Below are positions 7,223-16,483 of a stretch of DNA of 17,414 nt, in pieces. Position 1 is the stretch's first letter. The number at the start of each line of letters is the position of its first letter. The notes beneath the pieces are model-generated. The model was not told where the DNA came from, did not search any database, and saw nothing but the letters and a program-made list of their open reading frames with translations. Origin of the DNA: Dubosiella newyorkensis (GTDB taxonomy: Bacteria > Bacillota_I > Bacilli_A > Erysipelotrichales > Erysipelotrichaceae); NCBI RefSeq assembly GCF_001945605.1, contig NZ_MPKA01000063.1, forward strand, positions 1 to 17,414, in the 5' to 3' direction. The position numbers were made by a program, and so were the translations under genes.

Positions 7223-8878
7223 TTATTCTTCTTTTGTGTTGGCTTGATTCACGACAAAGTCCACAGCACCTTCTGGATCTTTGGTGAGTCCAATATATTG
7301 CGCGCCTTTTGTTTTGACGACTTTGATCCCATATCGATCGGCATCCGCTTTGATCTCATCATAGCGGGATTGCACTTGGGGAGAAAGAACGACGAGCTGA
7401 ACTTCGCTAAGCACTCCAGTATGTCCTCCAAACGCTTCGGCTTGCGCTTTGACCGGAAGATCTTTGATTTCGGCGCCTTTATTGACGGCATTGGCAAACA
7501 TCGCGCTTGTTCCAGCCCCTACACAAAGAACTAAGACATTGAGTGGATCGATTTCGCTCTTTTCTAAACTTGGCTTGCTTTCTTCTATGGTGTTTGGTTC
7601 TTCTTGTTGGCTGTTCGCTTCTTCTGCCAATAAATTCGCGTCATACGCTTTGACAAAAGGAAGATAGATCACAACATCAAGCGCGATGAGCGCGAGCACT
7701 AGCAAAAGCGAGAGTGGCGCCATTCCCGTTCCTAAAAAGATCCCGATCGGCGCAGGGGTCGCCCAAGGAAGAACATAGATGAATGAATTCATCTGGAGCA
7801 CATCCACAAAGAATTTAAACACCCACGCGTTCGCTATTGGCGCAAGCAAGAATGGCACAAAGAAGTACGGATTCAACACCATTGGAGCCGCGAACAACAC
7901 AGGTTCGTTGACTCCAAAGATGCAAGGCAAGAAAGACGCTTTTCCCACTGCTTTGAGCTGTTTGGATTTGCACATCCACATCAATAAGAATGGAACGACT
8001 AGAGTACATCCCGTCCCGCCTAAGCAAGCGATAAAGTTGTTAAAGCCTACTGTCAGGGCGTTGGAAGCGTGTTCTCCATTTTGCACGAGCATAAGGTTCG
8101 TTTCGACATTTGCGTAAATGGCAGCCGCAACCGCTGGTTCGACGATCGATGGTCCATGGATTCCAAGAAACCAGAAGAACGCCATCGCTCCAGCGATCAA
8201 TCCAAGGCCAAAATAGGAATCGGCGGCTTGAAAGAGCGGCGAGAACATCAAGATCAAGCTTTCCGCAAAGCGTACTCCAAGGATCTGATTGATGATCAAA
8301 TCGATCACCACACAACATAGCACAGAGAACGAATACGGGAACACATTTTTAAATACGTTCGAGATCACGCCAGGAACTTCTGGCGGCATTTTGATCGTAA
8401 TGTTTTTCAAAGTGCAAAATTTATACATGTTGGCGGCGATAAATGCCGAGATGAATGAGCATAACAAACCCTTGGTTCCTAAATAGGTGACATCGATCCC
8501 ACCATCGATTTCTGTAACCGCAAGCATAAGGAATCCAGTAATACTTGCGAGCATGACAGAAACGATATTGATCGTCATGCCTTGCGGCATTTTACGCTGA
8601 AAGTTTTCTGCAAGAGCTCTGGCTGTTGTGGCGGCCACCAATATTCCAACAATTCCCATAGAGAGGTTGTAAACTCTCCATAGCCATGAAGAAATTCCTT
8701 CAGGAAGCGTGAATCCAAAGACTTCAGGAAGTGCCGCGCACAAGATGAAAATGCTCGAAAATAGAATGGCAGGCATCGCTGTAAGAAAACCATCGCGAAT
8801 CGATTGTAGATACGCGTTACCCGCAAGCTTATTAAAGAATGGCCGTCCTTTTTCGATGAATCCGATGATCGCGTTCAT
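7223..8878 (-). CDS. lacE: PTS lactose-specific EIICB component
   Basis: 551 aa. The N-terminus (IEKGRPFFNKLAGNAYLQSIRDGFLTAMPAILFSSIF) closely resembles LacE/cellobiose-family EIIC. A fused C-terminal EIIB domain carries the active-site Cys context VLVLCVGAGTSAMF. The gene sits directly downstream of lacF. Confidence 0.9.
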   Translation of the reverse strand: MNAIIGFIEKGRPFFNKLAGNAYLQSIRDGFLTAMPAILFSSIFILCAALPEVFGFTLPEGISSWLWRVYNLSMGIVGILVAATTARALAENFQRKMPQGMTINIVSVMLASITGFLMLAVTEIDGGIDVTYLGTKGLLCSFISAFIAANMYKFCTLKNITIKMPPEVPGVISNVFKNVFPYSFSVLCCVVIDLIINQILGVRFAESLILMFSPLFQAADSYFGLGLIAGAMAFFWFLGIHGPSIVEPAVAAAIYANVETNLMLVQNGEHASNALTVGFNNFIACLGGTGCTLVVPFLLMWMCKSKQLKAVGKASFLPCIFGVNEPVLFAAPMVLNPYFFVPFLLAPIANAWVFKFFVDVLQMNSFIYVLPWATPAPIGIFLGTGMAPLSLLLVLALIALDVVIYLPFVKAYDANLLAEEANSQQEEPNTIEESKPSLEKSEIDPLNVLVLCVGAGTSAMFANAVNKGAEIKDLPVKAQAEAFGGHTGVLSEVQLVVLSPQVQSRYDEIKADADRYGIKVVKTKGAQYIGLTKDPEGAVDFVVNQANTKEE

Positions 8879-8880
8879 TT

Positions 8881-9192
8881 TTATTTTCTCCTATATAGTT
8901 CGACCATGTCGCCGATAATGTCGCGAAGCAAGATCGTTGTCATCAAATGGTCTTGTCCATGCACAAAGATGAATCCCATATCCATATTGTCTCCAGAGGC
9001 TTCTGCTGTAAGGATCTGGGTTTGAGATTTATGCGCTAAGTTGATGTTTTCATCCGCATCGGCAAGTAGAGCGTCGAGATTGCTGAAATTTCCACCTCGA
9101 ACTTCCTTGAGCGCTTGCAGCAAAGTGCTTCTCGCATCACCCGAATAGGCAACGATCTCAAATCCAATCATATTCATTTCTTCACGTGTCAT
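8881..9192 (-). CDS. lacF: PTS lactose-specific EIIA component
   Basis: I trimmed the ORF to the ATG at 9192, which has an AAGGAG ribosome-binding site. The 103-aa product MTREEMNMIGFEIVAYSGDARS...IFVHGQDHLMTTILLRD matches the LacF/EIIA-lac family, including the conserved HGQDHLMT phosphorylation-site region. Confidence 0.9.
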   Translation of the reverse strand: MTREEMNMIGFEIVAYSGDARSTLLQALKEVRGGNFSNLDALLADADENINLAHKSQTQILTAEASGDNMDMGFIFVHGQDHLMTTILLRDIIGDMVELYRRK

Positions 9193-9214
9193 AATATTTT
9201 TCTCCTTATCTTTC

Positions 9215-10669
<1,455 letters not shown>

Positions 10670-10671
10670 TC

Positions 10672-10700
10672 ATAATACCGATTAAATTTCAGAATGTCAA
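10672..10700 (-). promoter_or_regulatory. Sigma-A-type promoter for lacGFE
   Basis: Minus-strand TTGACA (10700..10695), a 17-nt spacer, then TATTAT (10677..10672). An approximately 55-nt leader follows, containing AAACAAAA repeats. Confidence 0.55.
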
Positions 10701-10771
10701 CGTCTATATAAATATTTTTAAACATTTACAACCATTATTTGTTCGCATTAAGAATTAAATGTTTGTTTTTG

Positions 10772-10801
10772 TTGACTTTAAAAAATAATCTATGCTATAA
10801 C
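10772..10801 (+). promoter_or_regulatory. Sigma-A-type promoter for lacR and the HAD gene
   Basis: TTGACT (10772-10777), an 18-nt spacer, then an extended -10 element TGcTATAAC (10793-10801). Confidence 0.5.
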
Positions 10802-10822
10802 GACTATGAAAGGAAGATGAAT

Positions 10823-11587
10823 ATGCTTAAAAGCGAACGACTTCAATATATTTGTCGGCTCGTCAATGAAAAAGGAATCGTAACGGCCGCAGAAATCATG
10901 AATGCGCTCGATGTTTCAGACATGACCGTTCGGCGCGATCTCGACGAGCTTGAAAAAAGCGAAAAATTGATCCGGATCCACGGCGGCGCCCAATCGATCA
11001 ATTATAATATCGACTACGAACTCTCTCACACCGAAAAATCAGCCGTCAATACGGCTGAAAAAAAAGAGATCGCCAAAGAAGCGGCGAAACTCATCAAAGA
11101 CAAGGATACGATCTTTCTTGGACCAGGCACAACGATCGAACTGCTCGCTCAAGAGATTGCCGAAAGAAACGTGCGGATCGTCACGAACTCTTTGCCAGTA
11201 TTTGAGATCATCAGCCAACACGATCCTGAGCATGTCATTTTAGCGGGCGGAAATTACCGAAATCATACTGGTTGTTTTGTTGGTCCTTTGTGCTCTGAAG
11301 TGATCAGCCGATTAAAATTTTCGGCCGCTTTTATTTCATGTAACGGATTGGCTGAAAATCAAATCACGACCTCTTCGATCGAAGAAGGTCAAGTACAGGA
11401 GATCGCCCTCAACAACGCGCATAAACGATATTTGCTCATCGACGCGCATAAATTCAATCGCGAAGATTTTTATGTATACTATAAGCTCTACAACATGGAT
11501 GAGATCATCACCGATTCTTCTACGAAGCAAGATATTATCTCGCATTATAATCAATACATAAAGATCACACAGAAAAGAAAGGACTAA
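10823..11587 (+). CDS. lacR: DeoR-family lactose phosphotransferase system repressor
   Basis: MLKSERLQYICRLVNEKGIVTAAEIMNALDVSDMTVRRDLDELEK... is a DeoR helix-turn-helix region, followed by a DeoR C-terminal sensor domain. The gene is divergent from lacGFE. The start could be ATG 10817 or ATG 10823; I prefer 10823 because of its spacing from AAAGGAAG. Confidence 0.85.
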   Translation: MLKSERLQYICRLVNEKGIVTAAEIMNALDVSDMTVRRDLDELEKSEKLIRIHGGAQSINYNIDYELSHTEKSAVNTAEKKEIAKEAAKLIKDKDTIFLGPGTTIELLAQEIAERNVRIVTNSLPVFEIISQHDPEHVILAGGNYRNHTGCFVGPLCSEVISRLKFSAAFISCNGLAENQITTSSIEEGQVQEIALNNAHKRYLLIDAHKFNREDFYVYYKLYNMDEIITDSSTKQDIISHYNQYIKITQKRKD

Positions 11588-11591
11588 CGAT

Positions 11592-12242
11592 ATGGATGGA
11601 GTAATCTTTGATTTTAACGGAACGTTGTTTCTAGACAACGATAAACACATTTTGGCTTGGAACAAGATCTCGCAAACGCTTAGAGGCAAAGGGATCACAG
11701 AAGAAGAGCTGCACACGAAAATGAACGGTGTTACAAATAAGTATATTGTTCGATATTTAAATGGCGGTACGCCCAATGAGGATATAGAAGCTTTGTATTC
11801 CAAACGCAAAGAAGAATATTACCGCGAATTTTGTAAAGCGGACACGAAAAATTTTCATTTGATCGAGGGAGCGGAGGCGTTGTTCAACGATCTTAAAAAA
11901 CGAAAGATTCCTTTTACGATCGCTTCTGCTTCGATCAAAGAAAATATCGATTTTTTTGTGGAAAACTTTCATTTAGATCGATGGATCGATCCCGATTCGA
12001 TCGTCTACGATAACGGCGAGTACAAAGACAAAGAAGCGATGTTCTTTCAAGCGGCTAAAAACATTCAAGTTCCGATCGACAAGATTTGCGTGATCGAAGA
12101 TTCGTTAGCGGGCGTAAAAGCGAGCGTAAAAGCAGGGATCCAAGATATTCGCATCATCGATTCAGGCCATATCGCCAATCAAGTCAAAGATCTAAAGAGC
12201 GTCAAAGAAATCGGAAATACGATGGCTGACTTGCATCTCTAA
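11592..12242 (+). CDS. HAD-superfamily hydrolase (beta-phosphoglucomutase/phosphatase-like) with an atypical motif I (DFNGT)
   Basis: 216 aa, starting 4 nt after the lacR stop. Motif I is VIFDFNGT, motif II is FTIASAS, the motif III lysine region is YKDKEAMFFQAAK, and motif IV is VIEDSLAGVKA. Confidence 0.8.
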   Translation: MDGVIFDFNGTLFLDNDKHILAWNKISQTLRGKGITEEELHTKMNGVTNKYIVRYLNGGTPNEDIEALYSKRKEEYYREFCKADTKNFHLIEGAEALFNDLKKRKIPFTIASASIKENIDFFVENFHLDRWIDPDSIVYDNGEYKDKEAMFFQAAKNIQVPIDKICVIEDSLAGVKASVKAGIQDIRIIDSGHIANQVKDLKSVKEIGNTMADLHL

Positions 12243-12270
12243 AAAAAAGACCATAGAGGTCTTTTTATTT
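12241..12270. terminator. Bidirectional rho-independent terminator
   Basis: AAAAGACC-ATAGA-GGTCTTTT (12245-12265) is flanked by an A-run and a T-run. It lies between two convergent genes, the HAD gene (+) and the sdpI-like gene (-). Confidence 0.7.
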
Positions 12271-13290
12271 TGAAAGATGCGATTTGATTTTGTGAAGCAG
12301 CGCTTTTGTTTGCGACTCCGTTTCTTCGTTGCAGACAACGATCCCATTTTCTTTTGTTTGAATGACGAGCACATCGCCATTCGATTTTGTATAGCGTGAA
12401 TATCGGCCGTACGGAATGTTTTCGAATGTACCCATCAATGTGTTTCGAGCGTCGTAGCCATTCACTCTTTTTCCTGGCGAAAGATTTGGCGCGAATTCGA
12501 CGGATTCGATCTCATCGTAAGGAATCACGGTATCCGAGACGAGGTTGGCATCAAAATGAATAGTTCTTTCGCCTACATCGATCGTATAATTCCCAAGCAT
12601 GATAACCGCTAAGACAATCAAAAAAATAGGAACGAGAAGCAAGATCCACCAGAGCTGTTTACGATCGAACGAGCCTGGATCTCTAAATACGACACCTTTT
12701 TCTTTTTGTTTTTGGGCATAGCGCCAAGAAATATAGATCGTTAAAACGGATGCCAAAAGGGCGAGGACGATCGTCACACCGATCCCAAAGGGAAAAAAGG
12801 AAGCGCCCAGCATTACGATGCCGCAAGCTACCCAGATCCTGCCCCCCACTCGTTGAGAATAGTTCCAATTTTCTTTGTTTTCTAAAGCACATCTCGTTCG
12901 GATGCCAATCATTTCGTTTTGCGAGATTTTTGGAAGAATGTTTCCGATCCCAATAAAGATCAAAGCGGTGATCCCATTGACAATGACTTCACCATTCCAG
13001 TCGGGAAAATATTCGAGTCCGATGAGCATCGAACAGATCGAGAGCGTCAAGAGGGGCTGCAAAAACAAAAGCCAACGGATCGTTTGCGGTTTGTCGATCC
13101 CAAATCCTTTTTTCTTACCGATCCATATGATCAGCCAAAAGATCAGGAGCGAAAGGAGGGGTAATACAAATTGCCAGATCGTTCGTAGTGGTTCTTCTTT
13201 CGTGTTTGGCAAAATATAACCGAGCGCGATTGGAAGAAGCATCAACACAGAATCAATGAGAAGATCTTTCCGATACGTTTTGAGAAACAT
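12265..13290 (-). CDS. SdpI-family membrane protein with a C-terminal soluble (PH-like) extension
   Basis: 341 aa and multi-pass. The motif IGIRTRCALENKENWNYSQRVGGRIW is typical of the SdpI/YfhL immunity family. A further transmembrane helix follows, then a soluble tail of about 110 aa (YTIDVGERTIHFDANL...GKRVNGYDARNTLMGTF...). An AGGAGA ribosome-binding site precedes the start. Confidence 0.75.
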   Translation of the reverse strand: MFLKTYRKDLLIDSVLMLLPIALGYILPNTKEEPLRTIWQFVLPLLSLLIFWLIIWIGKKKGFGIDKPQTIRWLLFLQPLLTLSICSMLIGLEYFPDWNGEVIVNGITALIFIGIGNILPKISQNEMIGIRTRCALENKENWNYSQRVGGRIWVACGIVMLGASFFPFGIGVTIVLALLASVLTIYISWRYAQKQKEKGVVFRDPGSFDRKQLWWILLLVPIFLIVLAVIMLGNYTIDVGERTIHFDANLVSDTVIPYDEIESVEFAPNLSPGKRVNGYDARNTLMGTFENIPYGRYSRYTKSNGDVLVIQTKENGIVVCNEETESQTKALLHKIKSHLSK

Positions 13291-13555
13291 ATTTTTCTCC
13301 TTCTAGATCCTTGATCCATAAGATCACATCTTCTAAAACGGATGTGTTGAGCGTATAGACAATGTACTTTCCTTGCCTTTCATTTCGAATCAAGTCGGCT
13401 TTTTTCAAGATCGAAAGATGTCGCGAGATCGCGGGCTGCGAAATCGAAAATTGATCTACGATTTCTTGCACGCTCATCGATCTTTGTTTAAGCAAAGAAA
13501 GAATAGCGCGCCGAATAGGATCATTGAGCGCTTTGAGCGTTTGATCGAGTGCCAT
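13253..13555 (-). CDS. ArsR/SmtB-family autorepressor (SdpR-like)
   Basis: 100 aa. LNDPIRRAILSLLKQRSMSVQEIVDQFSISQPAISRHLSILKKADLI is an ArsR winged helix-turn-helix region. A GGAGGA ribosome-binding site lies 7 nt before the ATG. The gene overlaps the downstream sdpI-like gene by 38 nt. Confidence 0.8.
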   Translation of the reverse strand: MALDQTLKALNDPIRRAILSLLKQRSMSVQEIVDQFSISQPAISRHLSILKKADLIRNERQGKYIVYTLNTSVLEDVILWIKDLEGEKYVSQNVSERSSH

Positions 13556-13568
13556 ATTCTTATCCTCC

Positions 13569-13593
13569 TATAACATATAAATTATTTGTTATA
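13569..13593. promoter_or_regulatory. Palindromic candidate operator for the SdpR-like repressor
   Basis: TATAACATATAA (13569-13580) and TTATTTGTTATA (13582-13593) form a 12-1-12 inverted repeat matching at 11 of 12 positions. It lies between a minus-strand TTGACA (13625..13620) and the sdpR ribosome-binding site. Confidence 0.45.
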
Positions 13594-13697
13594 TATAGAG
13601 TATTATGCCTTTCTCCTCTTGTCAATAGTTTCTGTCTTCTCAAAATCGGTCAATGGCGCCATAATAAATAAAAAATGATCTATGAGGAATTAAACCT

Positions 13698-14324
13698 ATG
13701 AACGATAAATTCTTTCAGCTCCCCGCTCAAAAACAAAAGCGCATCCTAAACGCGGCGTATAAAGCCTTTGCCCAAAGCCCCTATAAAAAAACGTCTATGT
13801 CCTTGATCGCCTACGAAAGCGATGTTTCTAAATCATTGCTTTTTTACTATTTCAAAAACAAACAAGACTTATATTTGTATTTATGGACTCAAGTTATAGA
13901 AATGACACGAAAAACGATCCAAGCTTATAAAACACTGGAAACCGATGATTTTTTTGAAATGTTGCGCAGAAGTCTTCGTTCAAAATGTGCGCTTATGAAA
14001 GAGCATCCGTATCTCTATGCTTTTTCGCTCCAAGCGTATTATGAAACGGAGCCATCGATTCAAAATTTGATCCAAGATCAATTTCACATGCTGTCTCAAT
14101 CGAGCGAGGCGATCGTTTTTGAAAGAATAGATCGGACCCGATTCAGAAAGAAGATCGACTTACGGAAAATGTATCAAGAAATCTTATATGCGATGGATGG
14201 CTATATGCTTTCTCAATTTCGTTCGGATCCGATCGTCCCTAACAAGATTGAAAAAGAAATCATGGATTTGATAGAATTTTGGGAAACGATCTATTATCAA
14301 AAGGAGAACGAAAATGGAGCATAA
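13698..14324 (+). CDS. TetR/AcrR-family transcriptional regulator
   Basis: 208 aa. The N-terminal helix-turn-helix region is KRILNAAYKAFAQSPYKKTSMSLIAYESDVSKSLLFYYFKNKQDLY. A GAGGA ribosome-binding site precedes the start. Confidence 0.85.
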   Translation: MNDKFFQLPAQKQKRILNAAYKAFAQSPYKKTSMSLIAYESDVSKSLLFYYFKNKQDLYLYLWTQVIEMTRKTIQAYKTLETDDFFEMLRRSLRSKCALMKEHPYLYAFSLQAYYETEPSIQNLIQDQFHMLSQSSEAIVFERIDRTRFRKKIDLRKMYQEILYAMDGYMLSQFRSDPIVPNKIEKEIMDLIEFWETIYYQKENENGA

Positions 14325-15123
14325 GTCGATCAAAAGAAAAAATGGGACGATCCATTATTGGATCCATAAAAAAGAAGGTACGCAAGCTTCTATCGTATTC
14401 ACGCATGGTCTTTGCGCCGACCATACAATATTCGAAAAACAAATCCCCTACTTTTTAGAGAACTATACGTTGCTTTTGTGGGATGTTCCAATGCATGGAA
14501 GCTCAAGACCATATTCCGATTTTTCATACCGTGATAGCGTGGAATGTCTCAATCAAATTTTACAAAAAGAAAAGATCGACCAAGTTTTTTTAGTGGGCAT
14601 GTCGATGGGCGGTTATCCAAGTCAACACTTCGCTTCGATCTATCCAGAAAAAACAAAAGGATTGATCGGACTCGATACAACTCCTCTAGGATCGAATTAT
14701 TATTCTCGTTTTGATGAATGGTGGCTGAAGCACGCGGCCTCGATCGCGAAGTATTTTCCATCCTCCCTTTTACGAAAATCGATCGCCTGGTCAGTATCGA
14801 ATACGAAAGAAGCCTATGTAAAAATGCGCTCGATCTTAGAACCACTTTCAAAAGCGGAGATCACAGAACAAATGCAAATCGCATACTCCTGTTTTATCTT
14901 AGAAAACAAAGATGTCCAGTTTTCTTTTCCTGTTCTTCTTTTGGTGGGTGAAAAAGATCGGACAGGCAAAGTTCTTTCTTACAACAAAGCATGGGCTAAA
15001 CGCACAAAGTATCCGCTTCATTTTATTGAAAATGCTCGTCATTTTGCCAACTATGACGCGCCCGATCAAGTGAATCAAGAAATCGAAGCGTTCATTCAAA
15101 GAACTTTGTCTGAGAAGAGGTGA
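14314..15123 (+). CDS. Alpha/beta-fold hydrolase
   Basis: 269 aa. It has an HG oxyanion motif (IVFTHGLCADH) and a nucleophile elbow GMSMGG. An AAGGAG ribosome-binding site precedes the start, and the gene overlaps the TetR gene by 11 nt. Confidence 0.8.
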   Translation: MEHKSIKRKNGTIHYWIHKKEGTQASIVFTHGLCADHTIFEKQIPYFLENYTLLLWDVPMHGSSRPYSDFSYRDSVECLNQILQKEKIDQVFLVGMSMGGYPSQHFASIYPEKTKGLIGLDTTPLGSNYYSRFDEWWLKHAASIAKYFPSSLLRKSIAWSVSNTKEAYVKMRSILEPLSKAEITEQMQIAYSCFILENKDVQFSFPVLLLVGEKDRTGKVLSYNKAWAKRTKYPLHFIENARHFANYDAPDQVNQEIEAFIQRTLSEKR

Positions 15124-15129
15124 TCATAA

Positions 15130-15870
15130 ATGGTTTATGATGAATATGGAGACAAGCGTAAACCAACGATTTTATTGCTGCATGGAGCGGGAGTTCTCGA
15201 TACTTTCGCCAAGCAATACGATGAACTTTCCAAACAATATCATCTTCTTGTTCCTCATCTTCCTGGGGCTGGGAAAGCGGCTTCTTTCGCATATGTTCCC
15301 GACGCGACGGATCATGATTTATTGGAGCTGATCAGCTCATTGCCAAACAAGCCTATTGGCGTGATCGGTCATTCTTTGGGTGCGCAAATCGCGATCCGGC
15401 TTGTGAGCAAAATGCCAGCGCGCTTTCAGTTTGCGATTTTTTTGAGTGCGTGGGTCGTTCCTGATCCTCTTATGAGCAAGGTGTATTGTTCGCTGGCTCC
15501 TTTTTGTGCTGTTTTGCTCCATTTCAAATGGCTGGTCGCGATGCAAGGTCAGTATTGGAACTTTTCCCAAAAACAAATTGAGACGATGTCTCAATATTCC
15601 AAACAAATTTCGGCTTCGGTATATCGTTCTTTTTTTGCGCATACTTTGGACCTATCGCATCTACCCGAATACCAAAATGTTTCGATTCCTATGCTCGCGA
15701 TTTGCGGAAGCCAAGAAATCAAAGCGATGAAGGTATCGCTTGTTTTGCTTTCGGAAAATCCGCATTGTAAAACGATCCTATTGTCTAAAGCGAGTCATGA
15801 TTTTCCGATGCGTAACGCCCAAGAGCTCAATTTGATCTTGACGCGTTTTATCAAAAAGGCGCTCAGCTAG
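15130..15870 (+). CDS. Alpha/beta-fold hydrolase (second paralogous type)
   Basis: 246 aa with LLLHGAG and a nucleophile elbow GHSLGA. A GAGGTG ribosome-binding site lies 7 nt before the ATG. Confidence 0.8.
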   Translation: MVYDEYGDKRKPTILLLHGAGVLDTFAKQYDELSKQYHLLVPHLPGAGKAASFAYVPDATDHDLLELISSLPNKPIGVIGHSLGAQIAIRLVSKMPARFQFAIFLSAWVVPDPLMSKVYCSLAPFCAVLLHFKWLVAMQGQYWNFSQKQIETMSQYSKQISASVYRSFFAHTLDLSHLPEYQNVSIPMLAICGSQEIKAMKVSLVLLSENPHCKTILLSKASHDFPMRNAQELNLILTRFIKKALS

Positions 15871-15885
15871 CGAGCGCGCTTTTTT
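15853..15885. terminator. Bidirectional rho-independent terminator
   Basis: GCGCTC (15859-15864) and GAGCGC (15872-15877) form a stem with loop AGCTAGC. An A-run lies upstream and a T-run downstream. It sits between two convergent operons. Confidence 0.65.
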
Positions 15886-16483
15886 ATTGGAGTTTTTGAT
15901 AAGAATCCGCTTCTATTTTTGGTTCTGTTGAGATCGACGAGCTAATGCTTCCATCTGGATCAAGTGTGATCTTGGCATAATGGATAATGCCGTTTCCTTT
16001 TCCTTGTACATAGATCGTTTTTCCAGGATGGAGAAGGTCTGTGATTTCGTAAGAATTTTCATAAAGGTGCAGAAAATATTTGTCTTCTTTCTTTTCGACC
16101 TGGGTGGAGTATTGATCGAAGACTTCTTGAGCGTCCATAGGGATCTCGTTGCCAAACGCGTCAAAGGATACTCCCCCACCTCCGCCAATATATTCTCCAG
16201 TTTCCGGGTCATAAAATTCATAGCCAATGTCTCCGTTCGAGACGGCTTCGACATTTCGTTCTTGGCCGCCAAACCATCCGTTGACTTTTGTTCGGATCCC
16301 GCCTGCATCGGTGGCATAGGCGAGAGCGGATCCGCCTAATAAGAGGGCTGCTAAACTAAAGGCGATAGCTGGGCGTAAGATCATTTTTGTTTTCTTGTTC
16401 ATCGTTTCCTCCTTCAAGTCGACCGGCTTGGGCATTTGAAGGTTGGAAAATGCTTGTTTATATCGTTCTTTATTCGTTTTCAT
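15884..16483 (-). CDS. Putative membrane-anchored anti-sigma factor (short cytoplasmic N-terminus, one transmembrane helix, extracytoplasmic domain of unknown family)
   Basis: 199 aa. Its ATG overlaps the sigma gene's 3' end by 14 nt and follows GGAGAA. A short N-terminal segment (KERYKQAFSNLQMP) precedes the transmembrane helix ILRPAIAFSLAALLLGGSALAYA. I assign function from position and topology only. Confidence 0.55.
   Translation of the reverse strand: MKTNKERYKQAFSNLQMPKPVDLKEETMNKKTKMILRPAIAFSLAALLLGGSALAYATDAGGIRTKVNGWFGGQERNVEAVSNGDIGYEFYDPETGEYIGGGGGVSFDAFGNEIPMDAQEVFDQYSTQVEKKEDKYFLHLYENSYEITDLLHPGKTIYVQGKGNGIIHYAKITLDPDGSISSSISTEPKIEADSYQKLQ

Noticed and set aside
10739-10816. A 26-codon extension of the lacR ORF.
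   Set aside because: It covers the predicted -35 and -10 promoter elements and starts at a non-ATG codon with no ribosome-binding site.
11336-11809. A minus-strand 157-aa ORF spanning the lacR/HAD junction.
   Set aside because: It is antisense to two well-supported genes and shows no recognisable motifs.
12683-13219. Alternative-frame ORFs inside the sdpI-like gene (12683-12892, 12750-12956, 12875-13219, 12919-13164).
   Set aside because: They are shadow ORFs. The sdpI frame alone gives coherent transmembrane helices and the family motif.
15913-16339. ORFs of 134 aa (minus strand) and 119 aa (plus strand) overlapping the anti-sigma gene.
   Set aside because: The frame chosen for the CDS is coupled to the sigma stop codon, has a ribosome-binding site and gives a sensible transmembrane topology. 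The alternatives have none of these.
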